Positions 17,025 to 26,612 of a stretch of 42,407 nt of DNA are shown in pieces; within the stretch, counting starts at the first letter, position 1, and each line of letters opens with the position of its first letter. Source of the DNA: a virus. Lineage: Duplodnaviria; Heunggongvirae; Uroviricota; Caudoviricetes. Where the stretch lies: positions 1-42,407 of IMG/VR virus record IMGVR_UViG_2565956608_000007; one strand, written 5' to 3'. Both the position numbers and the translations under genes were made by a program. The notes below the pieces were generated by a model. The model saw only the letters and a program-made list of their open reading frames with translations. It was not told where the DNA came from and ran no database searches.

Positions 17025-18029
17025 ATGGCTTCGATAAAAGAATCCACTGATGCCAATGGACAATCAAAATATTACGTCCACTGGAAGGATGAAAAATCCG
17101 GTCATGGACGCCGCCGCATTTTTAAGAATATTGATGATGCCGCACATCTTTTCTGGCAAAAACAGAATATCGAGCTGGATTGTCGAACTGCCAGCTGGAC
17201 CGGAATAGACCATTCCTGGACTTTCCGAAAGTTAATTCTGTTTTATCTGGGGTATCAGGCCGGCAAGCTGGAAAAAAATATCATACGGCTGTCGTCATAT
17301 ACGAAATGCCGTCACGATCTTCTCGCGGTAGACGGGCCGATACTGGAAAAAAATATTCTCCATATCAGCCATCGTGATATCGGTGATTCGGTTCGCACCG
17401 GCTGCCATCGCTGGATTCGTTCGGCTTTCTTCCTGCTGGTGGAAAAACGACTCATCGCTTTTAACCCTGTTGACCGTCCCGCGCGCCGGAAGCGTCGACC
17501 CATCACCATACCGCCATCATCATCGGTCAGGGAGCTACTGAATAACGCGCCAGTTCGTGAGCGTATCGCGTGCTGGCTCGGGATTTGTGGCCTGCGAATC
17601 GGTGAGGCTCTGGCGGTTACGTATAACGACGTGTCAGCCGACTGGATCGACATCCGGGGGCATGTTGTTGACGGCGTTATACATGAGGGGCTGAAAAGAG
17701 GAGTGGAGCGCCGGGTACGGATGCCGCGTGAGCTTTTCGCGTTGCTGGATAAAAGTAAACTCGGTACCTCTGAGCCTCTTATCTGCAACCAGTTTACCGG
17801 CACATGCCTCGCTACCAGCTACGGCACTCAGGGCGTTCTCGTCAGAACCCTGAACGACTATGGCATTAAGCGATTCCATCATCTTCGCCACTTTGCTGTA
17901 TCTCGCCTGGCAAACAAAGGCGTCGATATCCTGAAGGTTTCCCGACTTATTGGGCATTCGAACATCAAAACCACAATGGACGTTTACGGTCACCTGTTCG
18001 GTGAAGTGGTGGAGATGGATTTGGACTGA
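17025..18029 (+). CDS. second tyrosine recombinase / integrase embedded in the prophage
   Basis: C-terminal HHLRHFAVSRLANKGVDILKVSRLIGHSNIKTTMDVYGHL (HxxR ... Y signature); GAGGA ribosome-binding site. Confidence 0.85.
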   Translation: MASIKESTDANGQSKYYVHWKDEKSGHGRRRIFKNIDDAAHLFWQKQNIELDCRTASWTGIDHSWTFRKLILFYLGYQAGKLEKNIIRLSSYTKCRHDLLAVDGPILEKNILHISHRDIGDSVRTGCHRWIRSAFFLLVEKRLIAFNPVDRPARRKRRPITIPPSSSVRELLNNAPVRERIACWLGICGLRIGEALAVTYNDVSADWIDIRGHVVDGVIHEGLKRGVERRVRMPRELFALLDKSKLGTSEPLICNQFTGTCLATSYGTQGVLVRTLNDYGIKRFHHLRHFAVSRLANKGVDILKVSRLIGHSNIKTTMDVYGHLFGEVVEMDLD

Positions 18030-18033
18030 GTTA

Positions 18034-18067
18034 TCCACATAGTGGAAATATTAGGGCGATCCACTAT
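18034..18067. repeat. TCCAC-containing near-palindrome (TCCACataGTGGA) and extra TCCAC half-site just 3' of the second recombinase
   Basis: Read directly; starts 5 bp after the recombinase stop. Confidence 0.4.
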
Positions 18068-18121
18068 CTCCCCATTCTGCGCGGCCTCCGGTCATTAAAT
18101 CGCAGTTTTCCCGAAAAAAAG

Positions 18122-18215
18122 GATATGCCGCATTTTTACCCCCTCTGATATGCCGCACTTGGCACCAGAGAGGACGCGGCCTGCACGCCAGAATTTACCG
18201 CGTGATACGCCGCAC
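18122..18215. repeat. three direct repeats of GATAYGCCGCA upstream of terS
   Basis: Copies at 18122, 18147 and 18204, spaced 25 and 57 bp. Confidence 0.6.
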
Positions 18216-18273
18216 CCGGATCGGAGAAATTGGATTTTGAACAAAAAATAATCACATTGACTTAGGCGGAAGT

Positions 18274-18876
18274 ATGGCTCCTAAAAAAAGCTTCAGAAAA
18301 GCCTACGTCGGTATCGTTATGGACATGGCATTAGCCCGTAGCAAAATCAGCAATCGGATGGTTGCTCAGCGCTTAGGTGTGGACGAGACGACGATCCGTC
18401 GCTGGCGTAAAGAGAATATCGAGTTTGAGCGCGCTTTCACTGAGGCTCGCGAAGCTCTCAGAGAGAAAATAAACCGCGTCGCCGGTAAGAGCCTGGACGT
18501 TCGTAAACGGAAGGTTGTCACCACATCGCCGGATGGTGTGAAAACCACGATTGAAGATGTGCTGCCCACGCACAACGATATTGCTGTTTTCTCAAAGGTG
18601 CTCGGTCTTGGTACCAGCGTCTATAGCGAGGAAGAACGTCAGCGTGATGTGCTTCGCGAGGTGATGAAACATAAGGTAGCCGGGAAATACTCCGCGCTGG
18701 AGGCGGCGCAGCTGCTTGAGGCTGAGGGAGTAAAAGTTCCGGCAACCCTGCTTATGGAGCTGGGAGCACCGAAAATTTTCGAACCGTTCAACAATATGGA
18801 CGAGGCAGCCAAAGCCGACGCGGCGAACCTGACCCCGCAGGAAGCAGCCGATATCTACAAAAAAATCCTGGGCTGA
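18274..18876 (+). CDS. terminase small subunit (HTH-containing)
   Basis: 200-aa ORF immediately upstream of terL with N-terminal HTH (RMVAQRLGVDETTIRRWRKEN). Confidence 0.55.
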   Translation: MAPKKSFRKAYVGIVMDMALARSKISNRMVAQRLGVDETTIRRWRKENIEFERAFTEAREALREKINRVAGKSLDVRKRKVVTTSPDGVKTTIEDVLPTHNDIAVFSKVLGLGTSVYSEEERQRDVLREVMKHKVAGKYSALEAAQLLEAEGVKVPATLLMELGAPKIFEPFNNMDEAAKADAANLTPQEAADIYKKILG

Positions 18877-19022
18877 AAATTGCAAAAACAGGCGTTTCGA
18901 ACCGTAAAAACGCTATGCACTTTTTGACCCGTTTTATGCACGTTTTATTCATCCCGATTTGACCACTTTTCTGTTCAAAACAGAGGCTTCACGCCGTTTG
19001 CGTGATGGGTGCTGTTGCGCCA

Positions 19023-19073
19023 GTGCGGGTAACGACCATTATGTTAAATCGGGGCGTTTTTGAGGAATTTTTC
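19023..19073 (+). promoter_or_regulatory. conserved ~50-bp element, copy 1 (GTGCGGGTAA-N6-TTATGTTAAAT ...) upstream of terL
   Basis: Near-identical to 22918-22968; contains ATG of a short MLN... uORF. Confidence 0.5.
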
Positions 19074-20691
19074 TGTGCCGATCCCGTTCCCCTTTGACTT
19101 CCGCAAACCGGACTATACCGCCGTGTTTGAGTGGAGAATGGAGAGGCTGGAGCGGATCAGGAAAGCGCCTGAAATGCTTCCGGCACTCCGTGAGTTTTAC
19201 CGCACTAACCCGGCTCAGTTCATCATCGACTGGGGTATGACGACGGACCCGCGTAACCTCGATTATGGCCTGCCTGCCACCATCCCGTTTTTGCTGTTCC
19301 CCCGCCAGGAGGAATGGATTAACTGGATCATGGACAGGCGCGCAAGTCTTGAGCATGGACTGACAGAAAAAAGCCGCGAAATGGGGCTGAGCTGGACCTC
19401 TATCGGTCTGGCCTGTTCGCTTTGCCTGTTCAACAAAGAAATGGTGATCGGGTTCGGTTCCCGTAAAGAGGAATATGTCGATAGCACCGGCGACCCGAAA
19501 GCGCTGTTCTGGAAGGCACGGAAGTTTGTCGAGCTGCTGCCGGTTGAGTTTCGCGGTTCATGGAGTGACAAAAAACATGCCCCTTACATGCGCGTGGAGT
19601 TCCCGGAAACGGGCGCGGTCATTAAGGGAGAGGCTGGCGATAACATTGGCCGTGGTGACCGTACCACGCTTTATTTCGTGGATGAGTCGGCATTTCTCAA
19701 ACGGCCATTACTCATCGATGCTGCGCTCTCTCAGACGACCCGCTGCCGTATAGACCTCTCATCCGTCAACGGCATGAATAACCCGTTTGCCCGTAAGCGC
19801 CACAGCGGAAATATCCCGGTGTTTACGTTCCACTGGCGCAGCGACCCGCGCAAGGATGATGAGTGGTACCGCAACGAATGTCTGAAAATTGATGATCCGA
19901 TTATCGTTGCTCAGGAACTGGACCTGAACTACAGCGCATCCACAGAGGGGATCCTCATTCCTTCTGAATGGGTGCAGGCTGCCGTCGATGCGCATATCAA
20001 ACTGGGTATTCAGCCCAGTGGCCAGCGCCTCGGCGCAATGGATATCGCAGACGAAGGGAAAGACAAAAACGGCTTTTCTTGCCGCTATGGCTTCCTTCTG
20101 CAGAACGTTCACGAATGGTCTGGCATTGGCAGCGACATCTACGCTTCTGTCGTTAAATCGTTTGGGTACTGTGACGATTACGGTCTGGATGAGTTCCGTT
20201 TCGATGAGGACGGTCTGGGTGCTGGTGCGCGTGGCGATGCTCGCGTGATAAACGAGCTCAGGCAGGCTGAAGGCCGGGGAACAATCACAGCTACGCCTTT
20301 CCGTGGTAGCGGTAGCGTATTCGATCCGGAAGATGAAGCCGTCCCTGGTGATAACGGTAAAGCGGCGCGCCTGAATAAAGACTTCTTCGCGAACGCGAAA
20401 GCACAGAGCTGGTGGCATCTTCGCAAGCTGTTTCGAAACACCTTCCGCGCGCTGAACGGGATGGACTACAACCCCGACGAAATCATTTCGATAAGCAGCG
20501 AGATAGAAAATATTGACCGCCTGCTGATGGAGCTTTCACAGCCTACATGGTCGAAAAACGCCGTCGGTAAAATCCTCGTGGATAAACAGCCGGAAGGTAC
20601 AAAATCGCCGAACCTCGCCGACGCCGTGATGATTAACTACGCGCCGATGGATTCCTCTCTTGATAATTGGGCCAAACTGGCCGGAGCGTGA
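19060..20691 (+). CDS. terminase large subunit
   Basis: 543-aa ORF with ATPase Walker B-like YFVDE and nuclease region; TTG start from the ORF track, true start uncertain. Confidence 0.85.
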   Translation: MRNFSVPIPFPFDFRKPDYTAVFEWRMERLERIRKAPEMLPALREFYRTNPAQFIIDWGMTTDPRNLDYGLPATIPFLLFPRQEEWINWIMDRRASLEHGLTEKSREMGLSWTSIGLACSLCLFNKEMVIGFGSRKEEYVDSTGDPKALFWKARKFVELLPVEFRGSWSDKKHAPYMRVEFPETGAVIKGEAGDNIGRGDRTTLYFVDESAFLKRPLLIDAALSQTTRCRIDLSSVNGMNNPFARKRHSGNIPVFTFHWRSDPRKDDEWYRNECLKIDDPIIVAQELDLNYSASTEGILIPSEWVQAAVDAHIKLGIQPSGQRLGAMDIADEGKDKNGFSCRYGFLLQNVHEWSGIGSDIYASVVKSFGYCDDYGLDEFRFDEDGLGAGARGDARVINELRQAEGRGTITATPFRGSGSVFDPEDEAVPGDNGKAARLNKDFFANAKAQSWWHLRKLFRNTFRALNGMDYNPDEIISISSEIENIDRLLMELSQPTWSKNAVGKILVDKQPEGTKSPNLADAVMINYAPMDSSLDNWAKLAGA

Positions 20692-20692
20692 C

Positions 20693-22162
20693 ATGTCCCG
20701 TAAGAAACGCCAGAACGGCGCACAAAAGCCCGTTGCGACAGCTGACGGGTACAACAATTTCACGGCCAAACTTGGCAGCGACACCAGAAACATACAGACG
20801 GGCGGAATGTACATGCCCGGGTACATCAGCCGTAACAGGGTGATGCTGGAGTTTGCGTATCGTTCATCGTTCCTCGTTGGTGCCGGTGTGGACGCGATGG
20901 CTGATGATATGACCCGCAAGGGGATTAACATCAGCTCAAAGCTGAAACCTGGACAAAAGGGCAAGCTCGAAACCTTCTGGGATGAGCTCGCTATATGGGA
21001 TGGTCTTAACGATAACCTCAAATGGTCACGATTATACGGTGGCGCGGTGCTGGTGGTCCTGCTTGAAGGGCAGGATATGTCCTCTCCCCTGAAACTGGAT
21101 CGCATCAAAGAGGGGCAGTTTAAGGGAGTGATGAGCCTTGACCGCTGGATGGTTAACCCGAGTTATTACGATCTCGTTACCGATTACGGTCCCGATTTTG
21201 GGAAACCGAAATATTACAAGGTAATCACGAACCAGCAGGGGATTCCCCCCTGGAAGATCCACCATAGCCGCGTTATCCGCATGGAGGGCGATACGCTTCC
21301 TTTCCAGCAGGCCCAGACGGAAAACGGCTGGGGGATGTCTGTTGTGGAGCGTATTTTCGAGCGTATCGAGGCGTTTGATACTGCGACCGTCGGCACCACA
21401 CAGCTGATCCACAAAGCGCATCTGCGAACCTACAGCATTGAAGACCTGCGCAAGATTCTTGCTACCGGAGGCGACCTTGAAAAGGCGCTGATGAAGCACC
21501 TGGACATGATACGTCAGTTCCAGACCATCGAAGGCATGACCATCATGGATGGTAAGGATAAGTTCGAAACCCACAGCTATACGTTTGCGGGTATCGCTGA
21601 TGTCCTTCTGCGCTTTGCTGAGCAGGTTTCCGGCGCGACGGGAATTCCTCTCGTCCGTTTGTTCGGGCAGTCCCCTGCAGGTTTCAACACCGGCGACGGC
21701 GATCTGGAAAACTACTACAGCCGGGTTAACTCGCTGCAGGAGAGACGCTTACGCCGCCATATCCGCTGGTTGCTCGATATCTCCTGGCGTTCTCTGTTCG
21801 GTGAGCCACTGCCTGATGATTTTACTTTCGAGTTTAACAAGCTCTGGGAGATGTCAGACGTGGACCGTGCAACGATGGCGAACAATGTGGTTACTGCACT
21901 CGGTACCGCCGTTCGTGACCTCGGAATGCCTCCGGCAGCCGCGCTTAACGACCTCAGGAACATTTCTGATGTGATTGGGATCGGTGGTTCTATCACTGAC
22001 GAGGACATAGAAGATGCGAAGGCCCAGTGGGAGGAGGATGAACCTGAAACCATCCCTCCGCCGCCGTTCGGAGATCCAGTATCGAAAAAGCCTGTTGGCG
22101 ATAGCAAACCAGATAGGGCAGATCGTCGATGGTACCTACGATGGTTCACAGGCCAGCGCTGA
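20693..22162 (+). CDS. portal protein
   Basis: About 490-aa ORF directly after terL; portal-like size and position; start set at ATG 20693. Confidence 0.7.
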   Translation: MSRKKRQNGAQKPVATADGYNNFTAKLGSDTRNIQTGGMYMPGYISRNRVMLEFAYRSSFLVGAGVDAMADDMTRKGINISSKLKPGQKGKLETFWDELAIWDGLNDNLKWSRLYGGAVLVVLLEGQDMSSPLKLDRIKEGQFKGVMSLDRWMVNPSYYDLVTDYGPDFGKPKYYKVITNQQGIPPWKIHHSRVIRMEGDTLPFQQAQTENGWGMSVVERIFERIEAFDTATVGTTQLIHKAHLRTYSIEDLRKILATGGDLEKALMKHLDMIRQFQTIEGMTIMDGKDKFETHSYTFAGIADVLLRFAEQVSGATGIPLVRLFGQSPAGFNTGDGDLENYYSRVNSLQERRLRRHIRWLLDISWRSLFGEPLPDDFTFEFNKLWEMSDVDRATMANNVVTALGTAVRDLGMPPAAALNDLRNISDVIGIGGSITDEDIEDAKAQWEEDEPETIPPPPFGDPVSKKPVGDSKPDRADRRWYLRWFTGQR

Positions 22163-22766
22163 CAGCATTTCGAAAACGCTGGTGGACTATTCCGAGGTAA
22201 TCAGCGACTGGGCAGAGCAGGTCGGGCGAAGGATGTTTGCCCAGGTCGAGCAGGAGGAATGGAACCTGTGGAAATCGGTATCAGAGGAAATCGGCGCTGG
22301 CCTGCGCGATGTGGTGGGTAATACCCCCGTCGGTCAGGTGGCGCAGGATATCGTGTATCGCCAGATTCAGCTGATGAAGTCCCTGCCGCTGGAAGCAGCC
22401 GATCGCGTGATGGACATACAACAGCGCGCAATGCAGGCGGTTATCAGTGGCGAACGTCCGGACGAGCTCTACGAGATGATCATGGCCTCCGGTGACGTGG
22501 CCGCCAGCAGGGCGCAGCTGATTGCCCGTACAGAGATTGGACGTGCTACCGGCGCGCTGACGCAGGCCAGAGCCCTTTCGGTTGGCTCAGAGGGCTACTG
22601 GTGGCGTATTGAGGGGGCCGGAACGCGGGATTCTCACCGCAAGATGAAAGATAAATTTGTGCGCTGGGATAACCCGCCGACGCTGGACGGTATGATCGGA
22701 CACGCCGGATGTTTGCCGAACTGCAAATGCTGGCCTGAAGTACAGATTCCAGCACCGAGAAAATGA
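22014..22766 (+). CDS. Mu F-like head morphogenesis protein
   Basis: C-terminal motif GMIGHAGCLPNCKCW typical of MuF/SPP1 gp7 proteins; 5' end overlaps the portal ORF by 149 nt, start uncertain. Confidence 0.65.
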   Translation: MRRPSGRRMNLKPSLRRRSEIQYRKSLLAIANQIGQIVDGTYDGSQASADSISKTLVDYSEVISDWAEQVGRRMFAQVEQEEWNLWKSVSEEIGAGLRDVVGNTPVGQVAQDIVYRQIQLMKSLPLEAADRVMDIQQRAMQAVISGERPDELYEMIMASGDVAASRAQLIARTEIGRATGALTQARALSVGSEGYWWRIEGAGTRDSHRKMKDKFVRWDNPPTLDGMIGHAGCLPNCKCWPEVQIPAPRK

Positions 22767-22917
22767 AAAATACGGCTTTGAGCATTCATTTCATGCGAAC
22801 TGCAATACCCGCGAAATGTTATGAAAATGTTGTATTCGAAAAGGCCGATTTTCAGCCCAGTTAATCGCTACTTTTACGGCTTTAAGGGGACATTTTAATC
22901 GAGTTCATTTTCGTCGG

Positions 22918-22968
22918 TGCGGGTAAGAACCCTTATGTTAAATAGCCCGTTATTTCGAACATTTTTCC
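22918..22968 (+). promoter_or_regulatory. conserved ~50-bp element, copy 2, upstream of the protease/scaffold gene
   Basis: Matches 19023-19073: identical 10-mer and 11-mer blocks plus a similar downstream tract. Confidence 0.5.
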
Positions 22969-22979
22969 CATCTCACAAG

Positions 22980-23002
22980 GTCGCCTCCGGGCGGCCTTTT
23001 TG
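22980..23002 (+). terminator. Rho-independent terminator
   Basis: GGTCGCC-TCCG-GGCGGCC followed by TTTTT. Confidence 0.5.
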
Positions 23003-23027
23003 TTGCCCGTAATCGAGCAGGTAACCC

Positions 23028-24299
23028 ATGAAATATTTCTTCACTACACGCCTGGGCGAAACGCGCTATCTGACGGCGGACGGTTCGCTGCTGTGTAAAG
23101 ACGTGCCGATCGCACGCACAGGGACGCAGGTCTATTTGCCTGAGGAAATCGACCTCGAACCGGACGGCACCGGCACGGTGACAGTCTGGCGAACAGAAGA
23201 CGAGGTGTTTTCCCCGGAGACGATGGCGAGCTTTGAGGGCGTAGCCGTCACGCTGGGGCATCCAGAGGACAGCCTGGGCAACATCGTTTTCGTGAACCCT
23301 TCTAACTTCGCTGAGTTGGCACACGGACACATTCAGAACGTCCGGCGCGGCACCGGCGATAAATCGGATCTGCTCATTGCTGACGTGCTGATTAAACGGC
23401 AGGAAGCAATCGACGCGGTGAATTCTGGCCTGACGGATGTCAGCTGTGGCTATGACGCGCAGTACAAGCAGCTGGCACCCGGCAAAGGCAAGCAATACCA
23501 AATCACAGGTAACCACCTCGCTGTCGGCATCGACCGGGGGCGTGCTGGTGGCCGCTGTGCAATCGGGGATTCCATCCCATCAACAACAAAGGAGAAGCCT
23601 GTAATGTCATGGCTTAAAAAACTGGCTCAGGCCATTAAGACGAAAGATGAGGATGCACTGGCAAAACTCATCGACGAAGCGCCGGATATGCCGTCTGATG
23701 GCATGCCTTCAATCCCCGGTTCCTCTATCACCATCAACATTCCTTCACAGGCCACAGCCTTACCTGAGGGAAATCGCACCACTACGGACGAAGGCGATCC
23801 GAACAAAGGCAAAACCGGCACCGGCGATGAAGAAATTCCGGAGTGGGCGAAAGCGCTGCTGGTTCGTCTGGAAAAGCTGGAGGGTAAAACCACCGACGGC
23901 GATCCGGACCCGGGCAACATGACCACCGACGAAGACGAAGAAGAAAACCGCAAAGTGACGGGCGACGCAGCCTTTAAGCGCAACCTGATCGCCGATGCGG
24001 AAATTATTTGCCCTGGCTTCCAGCCTGCTGGCGATAAGAGCCTGAAACGTCAGGTGCTGAATCACGCAATGCGCACCGGTGACAGCCTGAAATCGTTCGG
24101 TGTGGATGATTTCTACAAAGCGCCTAAGGCAACTGTCGACGCGGTGTTTACTGCCGCCGTGGCGCTGCATAAGGCGAAAAATCAGCTGACCCCGCTGAAT
24201 AACATTACCCGCACCACGGACAGCGGAATCAGCACTAAACACCTTTCCCCGGCAGAACTGAACAAGGTCAACGCCGAATTCTGGGCAAAAAACAAATAA
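23028..24299 (+). CDS. putative prohead protease / scaffold protein
   Basis: 423-aa ORF between MuF-like and capsid genes; charged, repeat-rich C-terminal half typical of scaffolds. Confidence 0.5.
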   Translation: MKYFFTTRLGETRYLTADGSLLCKDVPIARTGTQVYLPEEIDLEPDGTGTVTVWRTEDEVFSPETMASFEGVAVTLGHPEDSLGNIVFVNPSNFAELAHGHIQNVRRGTGDKSDLLIADVLIKRQEAIDAVNSGLTDVSCGYDAQYKQLAPGKGKQYQITGNHLAVGIDRGRAGGRCAIGDSIPSTTKEKPVMSWLKKLAQAIKTKDEDALAKLIDEAPDMPSDGMPSIPGSSITINIPSQATALPEGNRTTTDEGDPNKGKTGTGDEEIPEWAKALLVRLEKLEGKTTDGDPDPGNMTTDEDEEENRKVTGDAAFKRNLIADAEIICPGFQPAGDKSLKRQVLNHAMRTGDSLKSFGVDDFYKAPKATVDAVFTAAVALHKAKNQLTPLNNITRTTDSGISTKHLSPAELNKVNAEFWAKNK

Positions 24300-24310
24300 G
24301 GTAAATCATC

Positions 24311-24814
24311 ATGGCAGGTACTGCATATTTAACGCGCATGCCCCTGGGCATTGCCGGGGGCGTTACCCGTCCTCGTGATCTCACCATCGAGCCGGTTAGC
24401 CTGGACCACACGAAGCAGTTCGCGTCCTACGGGCTGGTTGGTAAATACGTGAACGATAAATTCGTTCCGCTGGAATCTGGCGACACCATCAGCAAAGTGA
24501 AAGGGATTCTGGTTCGTCCGTTCCCGATCACTTCTGCTCTGGACCTTGCTTACATCGGTGTGACGGCTAATCAGGTTGGTGACAACCTGAAACGCGGTTA
24601 CACCTGCGTAATTGCTACCGCAGGCAACGCGGCGACCGCGAAAAAAGGAGATCCGGTTTACGTTCGCGTAGCTGGTGGCACCACTCAAAGCCCGGTTGGC
24701 TCCTTCGTGCTGTCTCCGGACTCTACCGCATCAAATACACCTCAGCTGCCAAATGCAGAGGTCATGGGGCCGGGTGAAGCCGACGGCCGTATTGAAATCG
24801 CTTATAACATCTGA
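24311..24814 (+). CDS. putative capsid decoration / structural protein
   Basis: 167-aa ORF immediately upstream of the major capsid gene. Confidence 0.4.
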   Translation: MAGTAYLTRMPLGIAGGVTRPRDLTIEPVSLDHTKQFASYGLVGKYVNDKFVPLESGDTISKVKGILVRPFPITSALDLAYIGVTANQVGDNLKRGYTCVIATAGNAATAKKGDPVYVRVAGGTTQSPVGSFVLSPDSTASNTPQLPNAEVMGPGEADGRIEIAYNI

Positions 24815-24825
24815 GGGAATAAGTA

Positions 24826-25773
24826 ATGTTTACAATTGACAGAGCGACCATCGACTCCACCGGCGCGTTTCTCGTCGGCGAACTGGAGCGCATGGATCAG
24901 ACGCTGAACATGCCTTTAGTGTCCTACAAATGGTCACGCGACATGCCGCTGCGCAGCGACATTTCTATCGCTGATGAAGTGTCATCCTTCACTAATACCG
25001 ATTTCGTGGGCGTTGGTGGTCCAAACCCTAACGGTAAAAACTGGATCGGCAAAAAAGCTACTGCCATTCCTGGTATCGAACTCGATATTCAGCCTACCCG
25101 TAACAACCTCACCTTGTGGGGGCAGGAAATCAGCTGGACGGTGCCGGAACTGGCTTCTGCCCAGAAACTGGGCCGTCCGGTTGATGCCCAGAAATACGAA
25201 GGCATGAAACTGAAGTGGAACATGGACACCGACGAACAGGTTTATATCGGTGATAACGAGCTCGGCGTTGCTGGCCTGCTGAACCTGCCGGATGTTACTC
25301 CTGTTGCTGCAGCTGCAGCGTGGACCGCAACCACCGATCCGGATGTGATTGTTCAGGATATCAACCTGGTACTGTCTGATGGCTGGGTTCGTTCTGGTTA
25401 TGCGGTCTGCCCGGCGAAAATCGGTCTGGCGCCGGAGCTGTTCGGCCTGCTGGCGAGCAAAAAGGTTTCCTCTGCAGGGAATATCTCTGTGCTGGAATAC
25501 GTGAAGATTAACACCATCGCGTTTCAGGAAAACGGTACACCACTGGAGATCGTCTCCATGAAGTGGGCCTCCAAGCGTGGCGCTGGTGGCGCGCATCGTA
25601 TCGTTGCTTACACCCAGGACGAAAAATACGTTCGCTTCCCTATGGTTCCTCTGCTGAACACGCCGCTGGAGTATCGCGGCCTGCAGCAGCTGACCACTTA
25701 CTACGGCAAGCTGGGCCAGGTGGAAACCCCGTATTCCAATACGATCTCTTACCTGGACGTTCCGGCGTCTTAA
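24826..25773 (+). CDS. major capsid protein
   Basis: 315-aa ORF in the capsid position, followed by a strong terminator. Confidence 0.6.
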   Translation: MFTIDRATIDSTGAFLVGELERMDQTLNMPLVSYKWSRDMPLRSDISIADEVSSFTNTDFVGVGGPNPNGKNWIGKKATAIPGIELDIQPTRNNLTLWGQEISWTVPELASAQKLGRPVDAQKYEGMKLKWNMDTDEQVYIGDNELGVAGLLNLPDVTPVAAAAAWTATTDPDVIVQDINLVLSDGWVRSGYAVCPAKIGLAPELFGLLASKKVSSAGNISVLEYVKINTIAFQENGTPLEIVSMKWASKRGAGGAHRIVAYTQDEKYVRFPMVPLLNTPLEYRGLQQLTTYYGKLGQVETPYSNTISYLDVPAS

Positions 25774-25782
25774 CCTGAAACA

Positions 25783-25805
25783 GGCGGGGAAACCCGCCTT
25801 TTTTT
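25783..25805 (+). terminator. Rho-independent terminator after the capsid gene
   Basis: GGCGGG-GAAA-CCCGCC followed by TTTTTTT. Confidence 0.65.
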
Positions 25806-25819
25806 ATGGAGCAAAAAAC

Positions 25820-26230
25820 ATGAAATACGTTGTTTCCGGTGGCGCTACTCTCAGCTTTGCCGACGGTTCTAAATTTGAGTTGTCTCAGGGCATCCACGAC
25901 AGTTCCTCTTTCCCGAAAGAAGTGAAGGACCACTGGGCCTTTAAAGCCTATGCGCGCCCGATTGACGAAGCCGACCTGGCGAACGAGCAGAGCAATGAAG
26001 ACCTTTCCGCGAGCCTTGTTCTCCTGGCAGAAGAAAATAACACCCTGAAAGCGCAGCTGGCTGAGCATGAAAAAACCATCACCGCGCTGGGGAATGAAAA
26101 CACAGACCTGAAAGCGCAGCTGGCAGCTGCTCAGGCACCTGCAGGCGGTAAACCTGCCGACAGCACGGACAAAACTGATAACACCGGCGGGGACGCGAAA
26201 AATGCCAAAAAACAGCAGGCTTCCGACTAA
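25820..26230 (+). CDS. hypothetical protein with coiled-coil segment
   Basis: 136-aa ORF with TGGAG ribosome-binding site. Confidence 0.5.
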   Translation: MKYVVSGGATLSFADGSKFELSQGIHDSSSFPKEVKDHWAFKAYARPIDEADLANEQSNEDLSASLVLLAEENNTLKAQLAEHEKTITALGNENTDLKAQLAAAQAPAGGKPADSTDKTDNTGGDAKNAKKQQASD

Positions 26231-26612
26231 CGAGCAGTTCCGCACCGACTTTCCCGAGTTCGCCGATAAAACCCGCTACCCTGACCCCTCAGTGAATTTC
26301 TATCTGGGGCAGGCCGATTCACTCCTGAATCAGGACGTACAGGGCGATCAGTTCGTCTACCTTGCTGAACTATTCACGGCTCACTATACGGAGCTGCGCG
26401 GCCGCACGCTGGCCGCCGCTGCCGCTGGCGGTGTGAACAGCAACGGCGCAGCAGGTGTCGTGTCCTCTAAGTCCGTGGATAAGGTTTCAGTGAGCTATGA
26501 CGTGTCCGGGGTAATCAATCCGGATGCCGGTTTCTGGAACAGCACCGCCTACGGGCGCGAGTTCTACTGGTGGTGGTCGATGTTCGGCGCTGGTGGCAGG
26601 CAGCTGCTATGA
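26202..26612 (+). CDS. putative head-tail connector protein
   Basis: 136-aa ORF in head-tail joining position. Confidence 0.45.
   Translation: MPKNSRLPTNEQFRTDFPEFADKTRYPDPSVNFYLGQADSLLNQDVQGDQFVYLAELFTAHYTELRGRTLAAAAAGGVNSNGAAGVVSSKSVDKVSVSYDVSGVINPDAGFWNSTAYGREFYWWWSMFGAGGRQLL

Noticed and set aside
14557-18273. Integron-like arrangement (tyrosine recombinase plus terminated gene cassettes with hairpins)
   Set aside because: The recombinase is co-directional with and downstream of the cassettes rather than divergent from an attI site, and the hairpins lack attC-type GTTRRRY/RYYYAAC core sites.
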